DNA of 33,604 nucleotides from a virus (Duplodnaviria > Caudoviricetes), in the IMG/VR virus record IMGVR_UViG_3300030330_005856, positions 1 through 33,604 of that record. One strand, written 5' to 3'. Shown piece by piece: positions 1-11,000 of this stretch (positions are counted from its first letter, which is position 1; each line of letters opens with the position of its first letter). The position numbers and the translations under genes are program-made. Under the pieces are notes generated by a model. It saw only the letters and a list, made by a program, of their open reading frames with translations, made no database searches and was not told the origin of the DNA.

Positions 1-651
1 TTTCGTATTCATTAGTTTAGCAAGTGGATAATCATTACCACCATTTTTTATACCATCTCCTATGAAAATATACTCATCTGCTTTTACAAGTCTATCTTGT
101 TTTATGACATTAAAGACTTGTGATTTATCCATGCCTTTTGGATATATATCAATTGATATTTGTCCACCAATAACGGCGTCTAATTCAGTAAATTTTTCTT
201 TAATATATTTAGCTATTTTTTTTCTTTCACCACTTTTTATATCCCATTGAAAATAATTTTCTCTTTGTTTTTGATTACAATCCCTACCTACGATACTAAA
301 GTTTATCATTGAACCTCTATCTTCAATGTGATTTCCACAGTGTTGTGTATATTGAGTTTGCATTAAGAATATACCCAATAAATTTTTTAATTCTGATGAA
401 AAGTTAAACTTATTTTCATACACTAGTTTAGTATCTCTCCAAAACTGATTACCACAACAAGTAAAAATACCATCTGAAAAAGTTTCTAAACCACACATTT
501 GTTCTTGTAATTTTGGTAAATCAGAACCCGTAACTAAGTAAAACTTATTTTTCTTTATCCATTTTTTAAAAAACTTTTGAAATTTTTCTGTCATTGGTAA
601 TCTTGATGGTGTTAATGTTCCGTCCACATCAAATATAAATATTTTATCCAT
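1..651 (-). CDS. HAD-IIB eukaryote-type phosphomannomutase (PMM)-like protein, runs off the left edge of the window; absent from the ORF track
   Basis: Manual translation from ATG at 651: MDKIFIFDVDGTLTPSRLPM...FYLVTGSD...HIEDRGSMINFSIVGR...GGQISIDIYPKGMDKSQ...FIGDGYKNGGNDYPLA. This gives HAD motif I (DVDGTLT) plus PMM-family motifs (R-x-x-M-x-N-x-S-x-x-GR, GGQISxD, GGND). Open to position 1; the start overlaps the primase stop. Confidence 0.88.
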   Translation of the reverse strand, partial: MDKIFIFDVDGTLTPSRLPMTEKFQKFFKKWIKKNKFYLVTGSDLPKLQEQMCGLETFSDGIFTCCGNQFWRDTKLVYENKFNFSSELKNLLGIFLMQTQYTQHCGNHIEDRGSMINFSIVGRDCNQKQRENYFQWDIKSGERKKIAKYIKEKFTELDAVIGGQISIDIYPKGMDKSQVFNVIKQDRLVKADEYIFIGDGIKNGGNDYPLAKLMNTK

Positions 652-1564
652 ATAATCTTCCTTTTATAATATCTGAGAATGTTGATTGTTGAGTTGAGTT
701 GAGTAACTCCCAAAATTTTGTAAAACCTAATTCTGATGGGTCTTTATCTTTCATATTTAATAAGTATGTTGATATTCCATAATCCATTAAAAACTTACTC
801 AACTTAATTGCATCTTGTCTTGCGTCTTCATCTAATGCCACATAAATTGTTTTTACTTTCTTTTCCACTAATCTTGTAACCAATGTTTTACTTGGAAACT
901 TACCTAATAAAGGAATAACATTATTTCTAACTGCAATAGCATCAAATACACCCTCAACTAAAACAATGGGTTCATTCCAATTTATAAACATTTCAAAACA
1001 TACTGTGTCTTTTGACATTGGTGGATTCTTGTATTTAAAATTTGAATTGGGAAACATATCTCGTGCTATAAAATAATTCAATTTACCATCAGCATCATAA
1101 CTTGGTATAATGATACGATTAGCATAACCATTAGATGAACAATAACCCATAGAATAACGAAGAATATCTATACCACCAATACCTCTTCTTTTCAAATAAC
1201 TGATTGCATTTTTATACAACGGGTCGGTTGATGGTTTCCAAAGTGGTTGATAACATTGTGGTAATGAAACATTATATTCTGTTTTTTCATCTTTTTCATT
1301 CTTAACACCTTTGTAATCACCAAGTATTTTCAATACCTCTGAAATGATTTGTTTGGGTGCGTTTATCTTTCTGAGTAATATACCAATCTTATGCCCACCT
1401 TGATTACAAACCCAACAATGCCACTTTTGTGTTTCAAAGTTTACTTGAAGTTTTTTCTTGTGATGATTACAAAATGGACAATGGAAAGCATGCTCTCCAC
1501 CTTTCATTTCATAACTTGGATATAAAACTTTTTCTAATAATTTGACTAATTCGTATTTATACAT
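644..1564 (-). CDS. Phage DNA primase (Zn-finger + TOPRIM)
   Basis: N-terminal CPFC...WHCWVC zinc-binding motif; RIIIP...YFIARD...KYKNP; TOPRIM motifs VEGVFDAI and ALDEDA; C-terminal KDPSE. Confidence 0.92.
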   Translation of the reverse strand: MYKYELVKLLEKVLYPSYEMKGGEHAFHCPFCNHHKKKLQVNFETQKWHCWVCNQGGHKIGILLRKINAPKQIISEVLKILGDYKGVKNEKDEKTEYNVSLPQCYQPLWKPSTDPLYKNAISYLKRRGIGGIDILRYSMGYCSSNGYANRIIIPSYDADGKLNYFIARDMFPNSNFKYKNPPMSKDTVCFEMFINWNEPIVLVEGVFDAIAVRNNVIPLLGKFPSKTLVTRLVEKKVKTIYVALDEDARQDAIKLSKFLMDYGISTYLLNMKDKDPSELGFTKFWELLNSTQQSTFSDIIKGRLYG

Positions 1565-1600
1565 TTAATACAATATACGAATAATTTAGGAAATAATCAA
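1565..1600 (-). promoter_or_regulatory. Putative sigma70-type promoter for primase (probably leaderless transcript)
   Basis: Minus strand reads TTGATT-17 nt-TATATT-7 nt-ATG, with an A-tract just upstream; no SD before the primase ATG. Confidence 0.55.
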
Positions 1601-2106
1601 GTTTTTTTTTCATAAAGTGACATAACCAATCCATCATACATATCGATATTTCTTTTATCCCAATTTCCTCGTGTAGTTTCCTTACACCATTTGTTAGTAT
1701 TGTACATTTTTTCTATTTCTTCTTGTACAAATTGTTTTGCTTTTTTACCTTTGACTCTTGCTTTTCCAAACACTTGTTTTCTAGCAGTCATTGGATTTAT
1801 ACTATTGACATTATATTCAAAATTCTCTAACATAAAACAAAGTATTGCATTAAACTTTGCTAACTTGATAATAACTTGTTGTGAAGTTCTTCCACCAGCA
1901 AAACCTGATAGATTATCTTCAATGTTAATATCATTGACATTATCAATATAAGAACTTTCGTGTAAAAATCCAAGAACTTTTTCAACTTTATCTTTGGGTG
2001 TTTTTTCTTTTTTGATGTCGATGAATCCCATATCGAGAATCTTCTTATCTTCTGTAAATGCATATCCAACACAAGTCGTGGATGCATCTAATCCTAATGT
2101 AACCAT
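1597..2106 (-). CDS. ruvC: RuvC-like Holliday junction resolvase
   Basis: RNase H-fold start LGLDASTTCVGYA, catalytic E in INIED, PMTARKQVFG, C-terminal DMYDGL; AGGAG SD. Confidence 0.8.
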   Translation of the reverse strand: MVTLGLDASTTCVGYAFTEDKKILDMGFIDIKKEKTPKDKVEKVLGFLHESSYIDNVNDINIEDNLSGFAGGRTSQQVIIKLAKFNAILCFMLENFEYNVNSINPMTARKQVFGKARVKGKKAKQFVQEEIEKMYNTNKWCKETTRGNWDKRNIDMYDGLVMSLYEKKT

Positions 2107-2113
2107 TTGTCTC

Positions 2114-2989
2114 CTATATATCTAATTTTATTTTAAATGTTGTCGTTATTTTTTTACTTTTCTTTATTGGTTTTGGTAATCTAGCTTGAATTACTGGATT
2201 GATTAAATCGTCCTCACTATATAAATTTATTGTTGTAATGTATGGACTAAAGTTACTACCAGTAAAATCTCTTGATAAAAATTTTGTATTTCTTTTTAAT
2301 GAACCACTTATGGGACTTCTCAACGTATAGTTCATCGATGAATTATATTCATTGGGATTTATCGTTACGGTGTATTCATGAGTATGAATTGTATTAAAAG
2401 AGTCAAATTTTAAACTAAAATTAGTGGCTAAATCTGAGTAGTTAACACTACCACTCCAACTTCCAGTTTCAGTTAATACAACTAAACCTTGTTCATAAAA
2501 TATATTTCCAACATAATTATCTGATGACGAGGCTGCTGATACACTTTGTGAGTGGTGAGCATTTGTAGAATATAAATTACCGATTCCATCATCCACAATA
2601 ATTGGATTAACACCATTATTATCAGGATTGTTTAAATCTGTAAATTGAAAACTTCCCTCTTTTATTTTTTCACCATAATATGTTGATGGGATGGTTATTA
2701 CTGAACTACTCGGGTATCCATGATATTTTGTTAAATGTTGTTTACCTGCTACTCTAACAATAGACAAATTTCCATTTGGTGATGCAAATTTTAATTCATT
2801 ACCATAAACAGGTGAACCACTTGTATAAAATAATCGATTTAGGGAATCCCAATAATTTTTATTTATTGAGCCAGAAACTATTTTAAAAGATTCAATTCCA
2901 GCAGATGACGTAGTTAAATTTTGAGTGTAGTTTACAGTATTCTGTTGAATGACAGTTGATGTTTTATTAATATCTTTAAATACGAACAT
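2114..2989 (-). CDS. Virion structural (baseplate/tail) protein, paralogous to 2999..4177
   Basis: Shares DDGxGN, GxIFYxxGxxV and the C-terminal PYITTINLY...ARLPKPIKK...FKIKLD block with the neighbouring ORF; S/T-G-S rich; lies in the baseplate module. Confidence 0.65.
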   Translation of the reverse strand: MFVFKDINKTSTVIQQNTVNYTQNLTTSSAGIESFKIVSGSINKNYWDSLNRLFYTSGSPVYGNELKFASPNGNLSIVRVAGKQHLTKYHGYPSSSVITIPSTYYGEKIKEGSFQFTDLNNPDNNGVNPIIVDDGIGNLYSTNAHHSQSVSAASSSDNYVGNIFYEQGLVVLTETGSWSGSVNYSDLATNFSLKFDSFNTIHTHEYTVTINPNEYNSSMNYTLRSPISGSLKRNTKFLSRDFTGSNFSPYITTINLYSEDDLINPVIQARLPKPIKKSKKITTTFKIKLDI

Positions 2990-2998
2990 AACATGTCA

Positions 2999-4177
2999 TT
3001 AATAAGTTAACTTCACTTTGATAGTCGCTTCAGAACTAAAGTTCTTTTTCAACGGAGTTGATAAGTTAGCTACCGCAACCATCTCTTGATTTTCATTATA
3101 TAATTGAACCGATGTAATAAATGTTTGTGGATTACCTTTCATTTTTTCATTTCTTAATTCATTGTTTGAACCACTAACGAATGTTGGATTGTTTGAAAAG
3201 TTTGCTTGTCCACTTCTAACTCTACAGAAATATTGAGCACTTACTTGGTCTTCTTCATCTCTAAATGAAAGTTTAGCACCAGCAGATGCATGATTGTCTA
3301 CTGATAAACAATTTATAAATCTTAGAGCATTTTTCCTGTTAGCATCTGTTGATTTTGCAAATCCAAAACCTGCATGTCTACGATTATTAAACACTACAGT
3401 TTCATTTATATATCCAAGACCACCTGAACCACTAACTCCAGGAATTGATGCTGACAACTCAGTAGCACTAAACACCATAATTCCAACATCAGGATAAAAG
3501 AAACCATAAGTTCTATCAGAAGCACCACTACCACTAATAGTTCCAGCCGAACCACTAACAATATTATATCTATCACCAACAGGTGTGGCAGTTGGTGTTT
3601 TATTAGAACTATCATCTGTTAAATCAAGTTTAGGAGCTCCTACACTACTTCCAGTATGATTAGCTCCTGCAGTTCCTGCAGATGTTGAACCACTTAATGT
3701 AAGTGTCCAAGTTCCTTTGTTAATTCTATCTTTCATATTACTTCTTTTTGCAGAAAGAACATATATTTCTTCATCTCTACCACTTGAAACTTTTGCATTG
3801 TTTGGAGCAGTTGCTAAACTATTATTATTTGAAATAATAAAACCACCAGTTACTTCTGTAGGAGCCAGTAGTAAACTAGCAAATTGTTTATAAATAGCTT
3901 CTGTTTCAGCTTTTGTGTTCGCTTCAACTAATGAACCAAATCCATTTAAACTACCAAATGCAACATTCCATTCTTCAGTTGTAGGAGTATCTGTACTTGA
4001 TATTCCGAAGAAATAAGTTTCATTTGTATCTGTTAAATGAGTTGATTGAGTCACTTTAGCAGCTGCGAGTGTCTCCGAACCATCCGAATGATATGGAGAA
4101 GTAACCTTCTCTACAGTAGTGATTTTATCCATACCCTCCGTTGAATCTAATTTTATATTTGTTCCTGCTATAGCCAT
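2999..4177 (-). CDS. Virion structural (baseplate/tail) protein
   Basis: C-terminus YFCRV...NFSNNPTF...FITSVQLYNENQEMVAVANLSTPLKK...IKVKL resembles the C-terminal part of tail-collar/fibre attachment domains; AGGAG SD. Confidence 0.65.
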   Translation of the reverse strand: MAIAGTNIKLDSTEGMDKITTVEKVTSPYHSDGSETLAAAKVTQSTHLTDTNETYFFGISSTDTPTTEEWNVAFGSLNGFGSLVEANTKAETEAIYKQFASLLLAPTEVTGGFIISNNNSLATAPNNAKVSSGRDEEIYVLSAKRSNMKDRINKGTWTLTLSGSTSAGTAGANHTGSSVGAPKLDLTDDSSNKTPTATPVGDRYNIVSGSAGTISGSGASDRTYGFFYPDVGIMVFSATELSASIPGVSGSGGLGYINETVVFNNRRHAGFGFAKSTDANRKNALRFINCLSVDNHASAGAKLSFRDEEDQVSAQYFCRVRSGQANFSNNPTFVSGSNNELRNEKMKGNPQTFITSVQLYNENQEMVAVANLSTPLKKNFSSEATIKVKLTY

Positions 4178-4199
4178 TTAATAATCTCCTAATTTAAAT

Positions 4200-4934
4200 T
4201 TATGCGCCTATTCCACCAGTCGATAATAAGTTTGATGCTGGTTTCGTTCTATTGTTAGTTACAGTAAGTATAATCGTAGCTCCTGTTTCATTATCATTAA
4301 AGTAAATAAACGAAACTTGTCCTGCATTATCTTGTGGTTTTACTCTTATTGTTATACTAGAGACTCTATCACTCCCCTCAATTGAAGCTGGAATATCATA
4401 AGCAACAGCCTGTGGTATTTCTTCAGATGTTAAAAAGTTTCTTTTCACAGTAGTTCCACTTAATCCTTGATTTTCAGTTGTTCCACCACCAGTTACAATA
4501 TCAACAACACTTGGTCTTTGAACAACTGCAGTAACACCTTGATTATTAGCACTTGAAAAACCAACTAATCGAAGAGTGATTGCAGATGATACAGGATCAT
4601 CATTGTTAAATGTTAGTGCTGTTGAATTTTTTGAATCCGTTCCACTTAAAGTAAAAGCAGGAATAGCTATGGAACTCTGATTCAAACTAATTAATCTATT
4701 TCTCATATTATACTCAGCGTGAACACTAGCTTCTAATTGTGGTAAGTTTTCAATAGCCTCACCATATTTAGCTGAACCACTTGGATGATTGGTGTTGAAC
4801 AATGTATAGTCGACACCCGTGTCTGAAAGAGTGAAAGAATCTATGTTCAGACTTTTTCCATCTTTTAAAAGTTCTCTACCTTTTTTTGTTAAAACTGCAT
4901 CAACTGTAATTGATGTATTATCTAAATATCCCAT
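4200..4934 (-). CDS. Virion structural (baseplate/tail fibre attachment) protein
   Basis: N-terminus MGYLDNTSITVDAVLTKKGRELL...FTLSDTGVDY is typical of large-myovirus baseplate proteins; AGGAG SD; preceded by the repeated 16-bp motif. Confidence 0.65.
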   Translation of the reverse strand: MGYLDNTSITVDAVLTKKGRELLKDGKSLNIDSFTLSDTGVDYTLFNTNHPSGSAKYGEAIENLPQLEASVHAEYNMRNRLISLNQSSIAIPAFTLSGTDSKNSTALTFNNDDPVSSAITLRLVGFSSANNQGVTAVVQRPSVVDIVTGGGTTENQGLSGTTVKRNFLTSEEIPQAVAYDIPASIEGSDRVSSITIRVKPQDNAGQVSFIYFNDNETGATIILTVTNNRTKPASNLLSTGGIGA

Positions 4935-4971
4935 TTATTTTCTCCTGCTTTGAAGTAATCTTAATACTTTA

Positions 4972-4987
4972 ATTCATATATAAATAT
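4972..4987 (-). promoter_or_regulatory. Putative late promoter, copy 1 (sense ATATTTATATATGAAT)
   Basis: Exact 16-bp match to 27783..27798; both copies are intergenic and just upstream of structural genes. Confidence 0.65.
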
Positions 4988-5023
4988 TAGTAAATTAAAA
5001 AAATATAGTATTTTTTAATTACT

Positions 5024-8000
5024 TTAACCATATGTTATACTACCATCTGAACCTATGATTGGGTTACCATCATCTTTTATAATTATTTGATTTTCTCCAC
5101 CAGTTACACTTATACTATAAAAAGAAGCTGTTGAAAAATCCACATCTTTTTCTGTTGGTGATGATTTTGGAAAAAATCCTGGATTTGTATTTTGTGTACC
5201 TTTTATCATTTGAGTTGTAAAAGGATTACTAAATCTTGTAACATGATTAATAGGTAAAGATTCAATTGTTCCGTCTGTGTTTGTGAAAAAATATCTTGTT
5301 TTACCCATCATTCTACCATTAAATATACCAGACCCAGTAGCAAAATTCTTTGAATCATATTGAACTGAAGAGGGAACATTTTCTGTTATTTGTAATCTAT
5401 TATCAAATCTTTCAGAGTTACCAAAATCAGTAGCGTTACCAAATGAAGCTGAGTAAAATTCTGTGTCTCCAATCATATGAAATACAACTCTTGTATCAAT
5501 GTGTCCGACATTGTAGTTTGCTTCAGAACCAGTACCACCTGCAAAATTTATAAAATGTGTATCATTGGAACTCGTTCCCCAACTATCGTGTATGTTTTCA
5601 AATGATTTGTTAAAATGTGTTGAAATAAAATTAATTGAAGATGAATATGGAAATACAACAGAACCGGTGATTCCACCTTTTCTTAAAAAATTAGGAACTT
5701 GATTACTACCAGTTTGATAATTGTTGCCCATATCTATTGAGCCTGATTTAGGAAAATCAATTGTTGTTGTATTTAATAAAATAAAATTATTTACAAGTAT
5801 TGAAGAGCCTGATTTAGGAAATTCTATTGAACCTGTAACACCTGATGGTTGTAAAAATGGTGAGTGAATATATCCTTTACTAGCTGAGTATGCATTACCT
5901 AAACTTATTGATGAACTGTATGGTAGTTCAAGATTAGCTGTAAAAGATTGTTGTTTGTATTCAGTATTCTCAACAAAATTAAGACTACCACTTGCTAGGT
6001 TTGGATTTATCTCAACTGAGTGTTGTTTATGAGAATACTTGTTTCTCTCTAATAAATTTTGTTTTACTGTTATACCAAACCCACTTCTACTATCACTTAG
6101 TGTTGAATGAGCTGGAACTAATGTTTTTATACCCTCTGATAATGAATGATTAAAAATATTTTCGTTAGCTCTTATGAACTCATTTATATTAACTTGAATT
6201 GGAAAAGATTTAAAAAAGTTGTGTCTTAAATTATCTAACTCAGTATATGATGAAGAGTAAAAATTCATCGGATTACCATAAAATTTATCAAATTCAAAAG
6301 TATCTGTTCTATCTAAAATATGACCATCTATAATGTTTGTCATTGATTTGTCTAACTCTAATTTGTTTGAAACATTGTTTACACCTTTTTCTGTTTTTAT
6401 AATAGATGGTGTTTTAGAATTTAAATTACCAATCACTTTATACGATGGATTGATATTAATTTTATTATCATTTACAATATTTTCATTATTATCTGCTAAA
6501 CCAATTTTTATTTGTTTTATAATATCAACACCATAAGCTACAGAACTTGTTAAAAAACTTCCAGTTTTTTGAAATGTATAATTAGTTGGTAGTGTTGTTT
6601 TTGATGCAGCGTCTACAAATGATACTAATTGAGTAGAAGAAGATATTGATGAAGTGCTATAATTTTCACTTAGTTTAAAATAATAAATCAACTCATCTTT
6701 ATGAGAATTTATTGTATTACCAACGACAGAAGTTTTGTTTATTGTGTGTTGTCTAAATCTTGATGTACTTAATGGACTATTCCATGCTTTTATTTGAGCT
6801 AAAGAACCACTGAGTGTTCTACCAACCACTAAATTAGAAAAGTTTGTAGATGCTCTACTACCAGTTAATACAAAATTTTGGTTTGCATAATAATTGTTAT
6901 CTGCTGCTCCAGTTATGTAAGAATTTGATAAACCACCACTTACAGACATTGTCACATAATTATAGGTTGTTATTTTTTTATCATCTTGTAAAGCAGCGTG
7001 TAATCTATATTCATTTGTTCCACTACCACTAATACTTGATGTCATTCTTTGTAACATTAAATTCCATATTTGTCCATCTAATATTTTTGAATATGAAGTT
7101 GACATCGATATAGCATTACTAGCTATAGCACCTGAACCCGTATTTGAATTATTCAACCTAAATTCAAATGAAGAACTAATTCCATCAGCACTTGGAATTA
7201 ATCTTAAATCCCATAATTTTTGATTACCACTACCACTTGATTCTAAAATTGTTTGCGTATTGGTTGTACTGTTGTGTTTATAGACAAACTCAATTGTGTT
7301 AATATTAGCATCATTCATATACCAATCAAGATTAAAAGTTCTAAGTGGATTGTTTTGGAACATATAATAAAATAATCTATTATCAGAACTTTGAAATTGT
7401 ATAGAGTTTCCTTGAGCTTCTAAATCTAAATCAACTTGTCCTGAAGTTGGTATTTGATTATTAAACGGACTTTGATTATCGTTACTCGTTTCATAACCTG
7501 TTCCAAATTCTTTTACAGATAAAACGTCAGGAGGATAACCATATACATTTAACAAACCTCTTATAGAGTTTTTTGTTCCTTTGGATTTATAAATGTATAT
7601 AATGTTATTTAAAGTTTTTCTCCAAGTGTTGTTTTTAATATCATCAATTGAAGTAACACCACTTAAATAAGAACCTAATGAATCAGTTAAACTACCACTA
7701 AATGGATTAATAGCTTGATACCCAAGATTATCTAACAACATTGGATAAATGTTTTCTGGTGGTGAATTTGATTCATTATATCCCCTATCGTGAATGGTAT
7801 TTAATCCATCAATGTGATTTTTAATAACATCATATTGTTCACCTTGAAGTGATAAGAAATCTTTTAAATCACCATATTCAGAACTTTCTTGAATATAAAG
7901 TGGTAAATTATTTTCTAATGAATGAATATTGTTAGTATCAAATGTTTCAGCTTTGGTTAATAAATCATTATACCAATTAGTCCATTCAGCAGAACTTGTA

Positions 8001-11000
8001 TGAAATAAGTTATCAAATGGTAAAGCATTTTTTGGATTTTTTAATGTTACTTTTACATCTGTGATGTTTGAATCCGATATACCATCAGGCAGTAAATACA
8101 ATTGTTGAACTTCATCTGCAGATATAGTTCTATTATAAATTCTTGGATATTGTAAAAATCCATTGAACCAACGGTTAGGAATAGTACCAGTACCACCTCC
8201 AAGTTGGTCAGCACCACCAAGACTTAAAAACTCAGGTTCTTTAGAAATACTCGATAGACTAAAATCATTTGAGCCAGTAATATTATAAGGAGCTATAGTG
8301 GTTTTAGAAGCAGCAAGTTGTCCATTAAGGTATAGTTTTATACCAGCATCTGAACCACTTTCATAAGTGAATGCTACATGATTCCAACTTGAACTTAAAT
8401 CACAGGTTGTTTGAACTATGTGAGTACTTCCTCCATCAGCATCACTACCACGAACACCAGCTCTTAATGAAGAATTGTCTTGATTGTAATCAATACCATA
8501 TGTATGATTAGTATGCCCTCTTGTAAAAATTGATTGAACACCGTTATCTGATGAGTTTGCATTTACTACATTTGGATGAAATCTTTTTACCCATATAGCC
8601 ATTGAAAAATCATCATCTTTACCAAAATTAAAATCAGTTGTATCAAAAACAACTTTTTGTTTACTTTCACTTATCATAAAATAAGATGAACCATATGTTC
8701 GATTGTGTATTTGAACACCTCCAGCAGCGGTTACTGGGTCATTTTGTGATTCGTGAGGTGGAGTTGAACCTGAAATCGATATTGCATCACCAGTTGTTGG
8801 CCCTGCGTCATTAGTAACATTAGCAATAGTTAAAGCACTACCTGATTCCACATCATCGATGTTCCAATAACCTTGTAAACTTGATGATAAATTATTTTTA
8901 TAAAATATTCTAAACAATTCACCAGCAGGCATTACCGAACCTTTAAATTTAACACCACTACCTGTTACAACAGTTGAATAGTTTTGATACTTTCCACTTG
9001 AATCTCTTACAAATGTTGAACCCGTTTTAAAACTTCCACTTAAAATTTCTATTTCACTTGAACCAGCTTTAAAATCATTAATTCGAGAAAAATCATTATC
9101 AACTTTTGCTGTCGGTATGAAATAAGAATGAGATGTATGGAAAATATATCGTTGATACGCACTACTCGTCATTTGTGGATTTAATACATTTTCTTTAAAT
9201 TTTGAATCTCGTGGAAATGAAACATCCCCACCATCATTTGGATAATTTTCTTGTCTATTATCAAAAGTTAAAGCACTACCACTATCTGCTTTCATTAAAA
9301 ATGATAAATAAATAGAACTACTATAATTAAAAAATGGTTTATTATGAACATAGTATTTGTTGGTAAACAAATCAATGAATTGACCACTTGATGCACCACC
9401 TGTATCTTTAGATGAATGATGATAAACAACATCAAATCCATCTCCACCATTTATTTGTCCAATGTAATCTTTGTTTATACCAGTTTGTACAGGAATTGTA
9501 TCAGCATAATTTATCAAACTTGGAGCTGAAGCAGTTGATTCACTTTGTCCATCATAATATAAAAATCTTTCATAAGGTGTAAATGCATTTATTTCCTCAT
9601 TAATTTTATTGAATAAATCTTTTCTTAATTGTATTACGTCTGTTGAATCACCTTCCATAGAAGAGGAGACATTTAATGAACTTGATATTTTAGAATAATG
9701 TCCTTGAATGGTTTTTATTTTTGTTTCAAAGTTTTCAAGTTTTCTTTTAGCTGAACCAAAAAATGTATGATTTGAAAATTCATTATAATCTATATTTAAA
9801 TTTGGATAATAATGTGAACTGCCTGACACATATTGATTTAGACTAATATCAGATAATGAAGACGTTAATTCATCATAATTTTGAAATTCAAGGTTTTCAG
9901 TTTGATTTGGATTTATCCAATTTTCTAAATTATCAGGCGTTAAACCCAATCCAATAACTTGAGGTTCAACATCAGAAAAATAATAAATTTCTGTTGTTTG
10001 TGTTATTAGTTTTTCAGATTCAATTGATACTAATTTTTGGTTGTTAACAAATAAAGGTATTGGTTCATATAATCTTAAAATAATTGATTGATTTTCTTTA
10101 CCATCAGTTACACCATCAAATTCAAAATTAGTAATTGGAATATGGTTACCATCACCAACATTCAATAAGTGATTAAATTTATATCCTGTAGTTGGGTTAT
10201 TTTGAGTAAGTTGATTTAATATATCATTGTATGGATAATTAAAACTACCATCAGTATTTCTTTGCAAATCATGATTTAACAATTTTAATCTAACTTCTTT
10301 TCTTGAAGTTGAAATTTGTTTAATTATAAAATCATATGTGTTTCCAACAAAACCTGGATTATGATAAGCATCTGAATCTAATGGACCTTGATTTGGATCT
10401 TCATCACCTGTAGGTGTATAATCAGTATAATAGTTTGTAACTCCAGATACTTGTTGACTTATATAATAGGCTATATCAGGTCTTCCTACATCAGGCCACT
10501 CAACTGCATCTAATACAGTTAAATCTCCATCACCATCAATATCAACCTCTTGTATGTATTGAGGTTGTGGTAGAGTTTCAAGATACTCTGTAGTAATATT
10601 GTTTGGATTAAGTTGTTGTAAAAAATCAATTTTTATATTGTATTTACCTTCAGGAAGTTCTTTGTCGTTAAATAATTCATTTGGTTTTAAAAAATACTTT
10701 TTAGAACCATTGTCGTCTCTTTGATATAATTTAAAATCATTATATGATGAACCAACTAATCTTATTTTAGGTTCAGTTCCTGTAAAAAATGCTGATTCAT
10801 TTATGTCAAATGGTATTTCACTTAAAGAAGAATAAAAAACAGCTTTTTGAGTTACTATTTCAGTATCTGCAACAGTCACACTATATTGATAAATTTCATT
10901 TGAAATTTGATTACCTTCATTTATAGTGTAGAGAGAAATTCTTACATAATCATTATTTGATAATTGAACATTTGTTTCGTCACTAGCAATTAATTGATAA

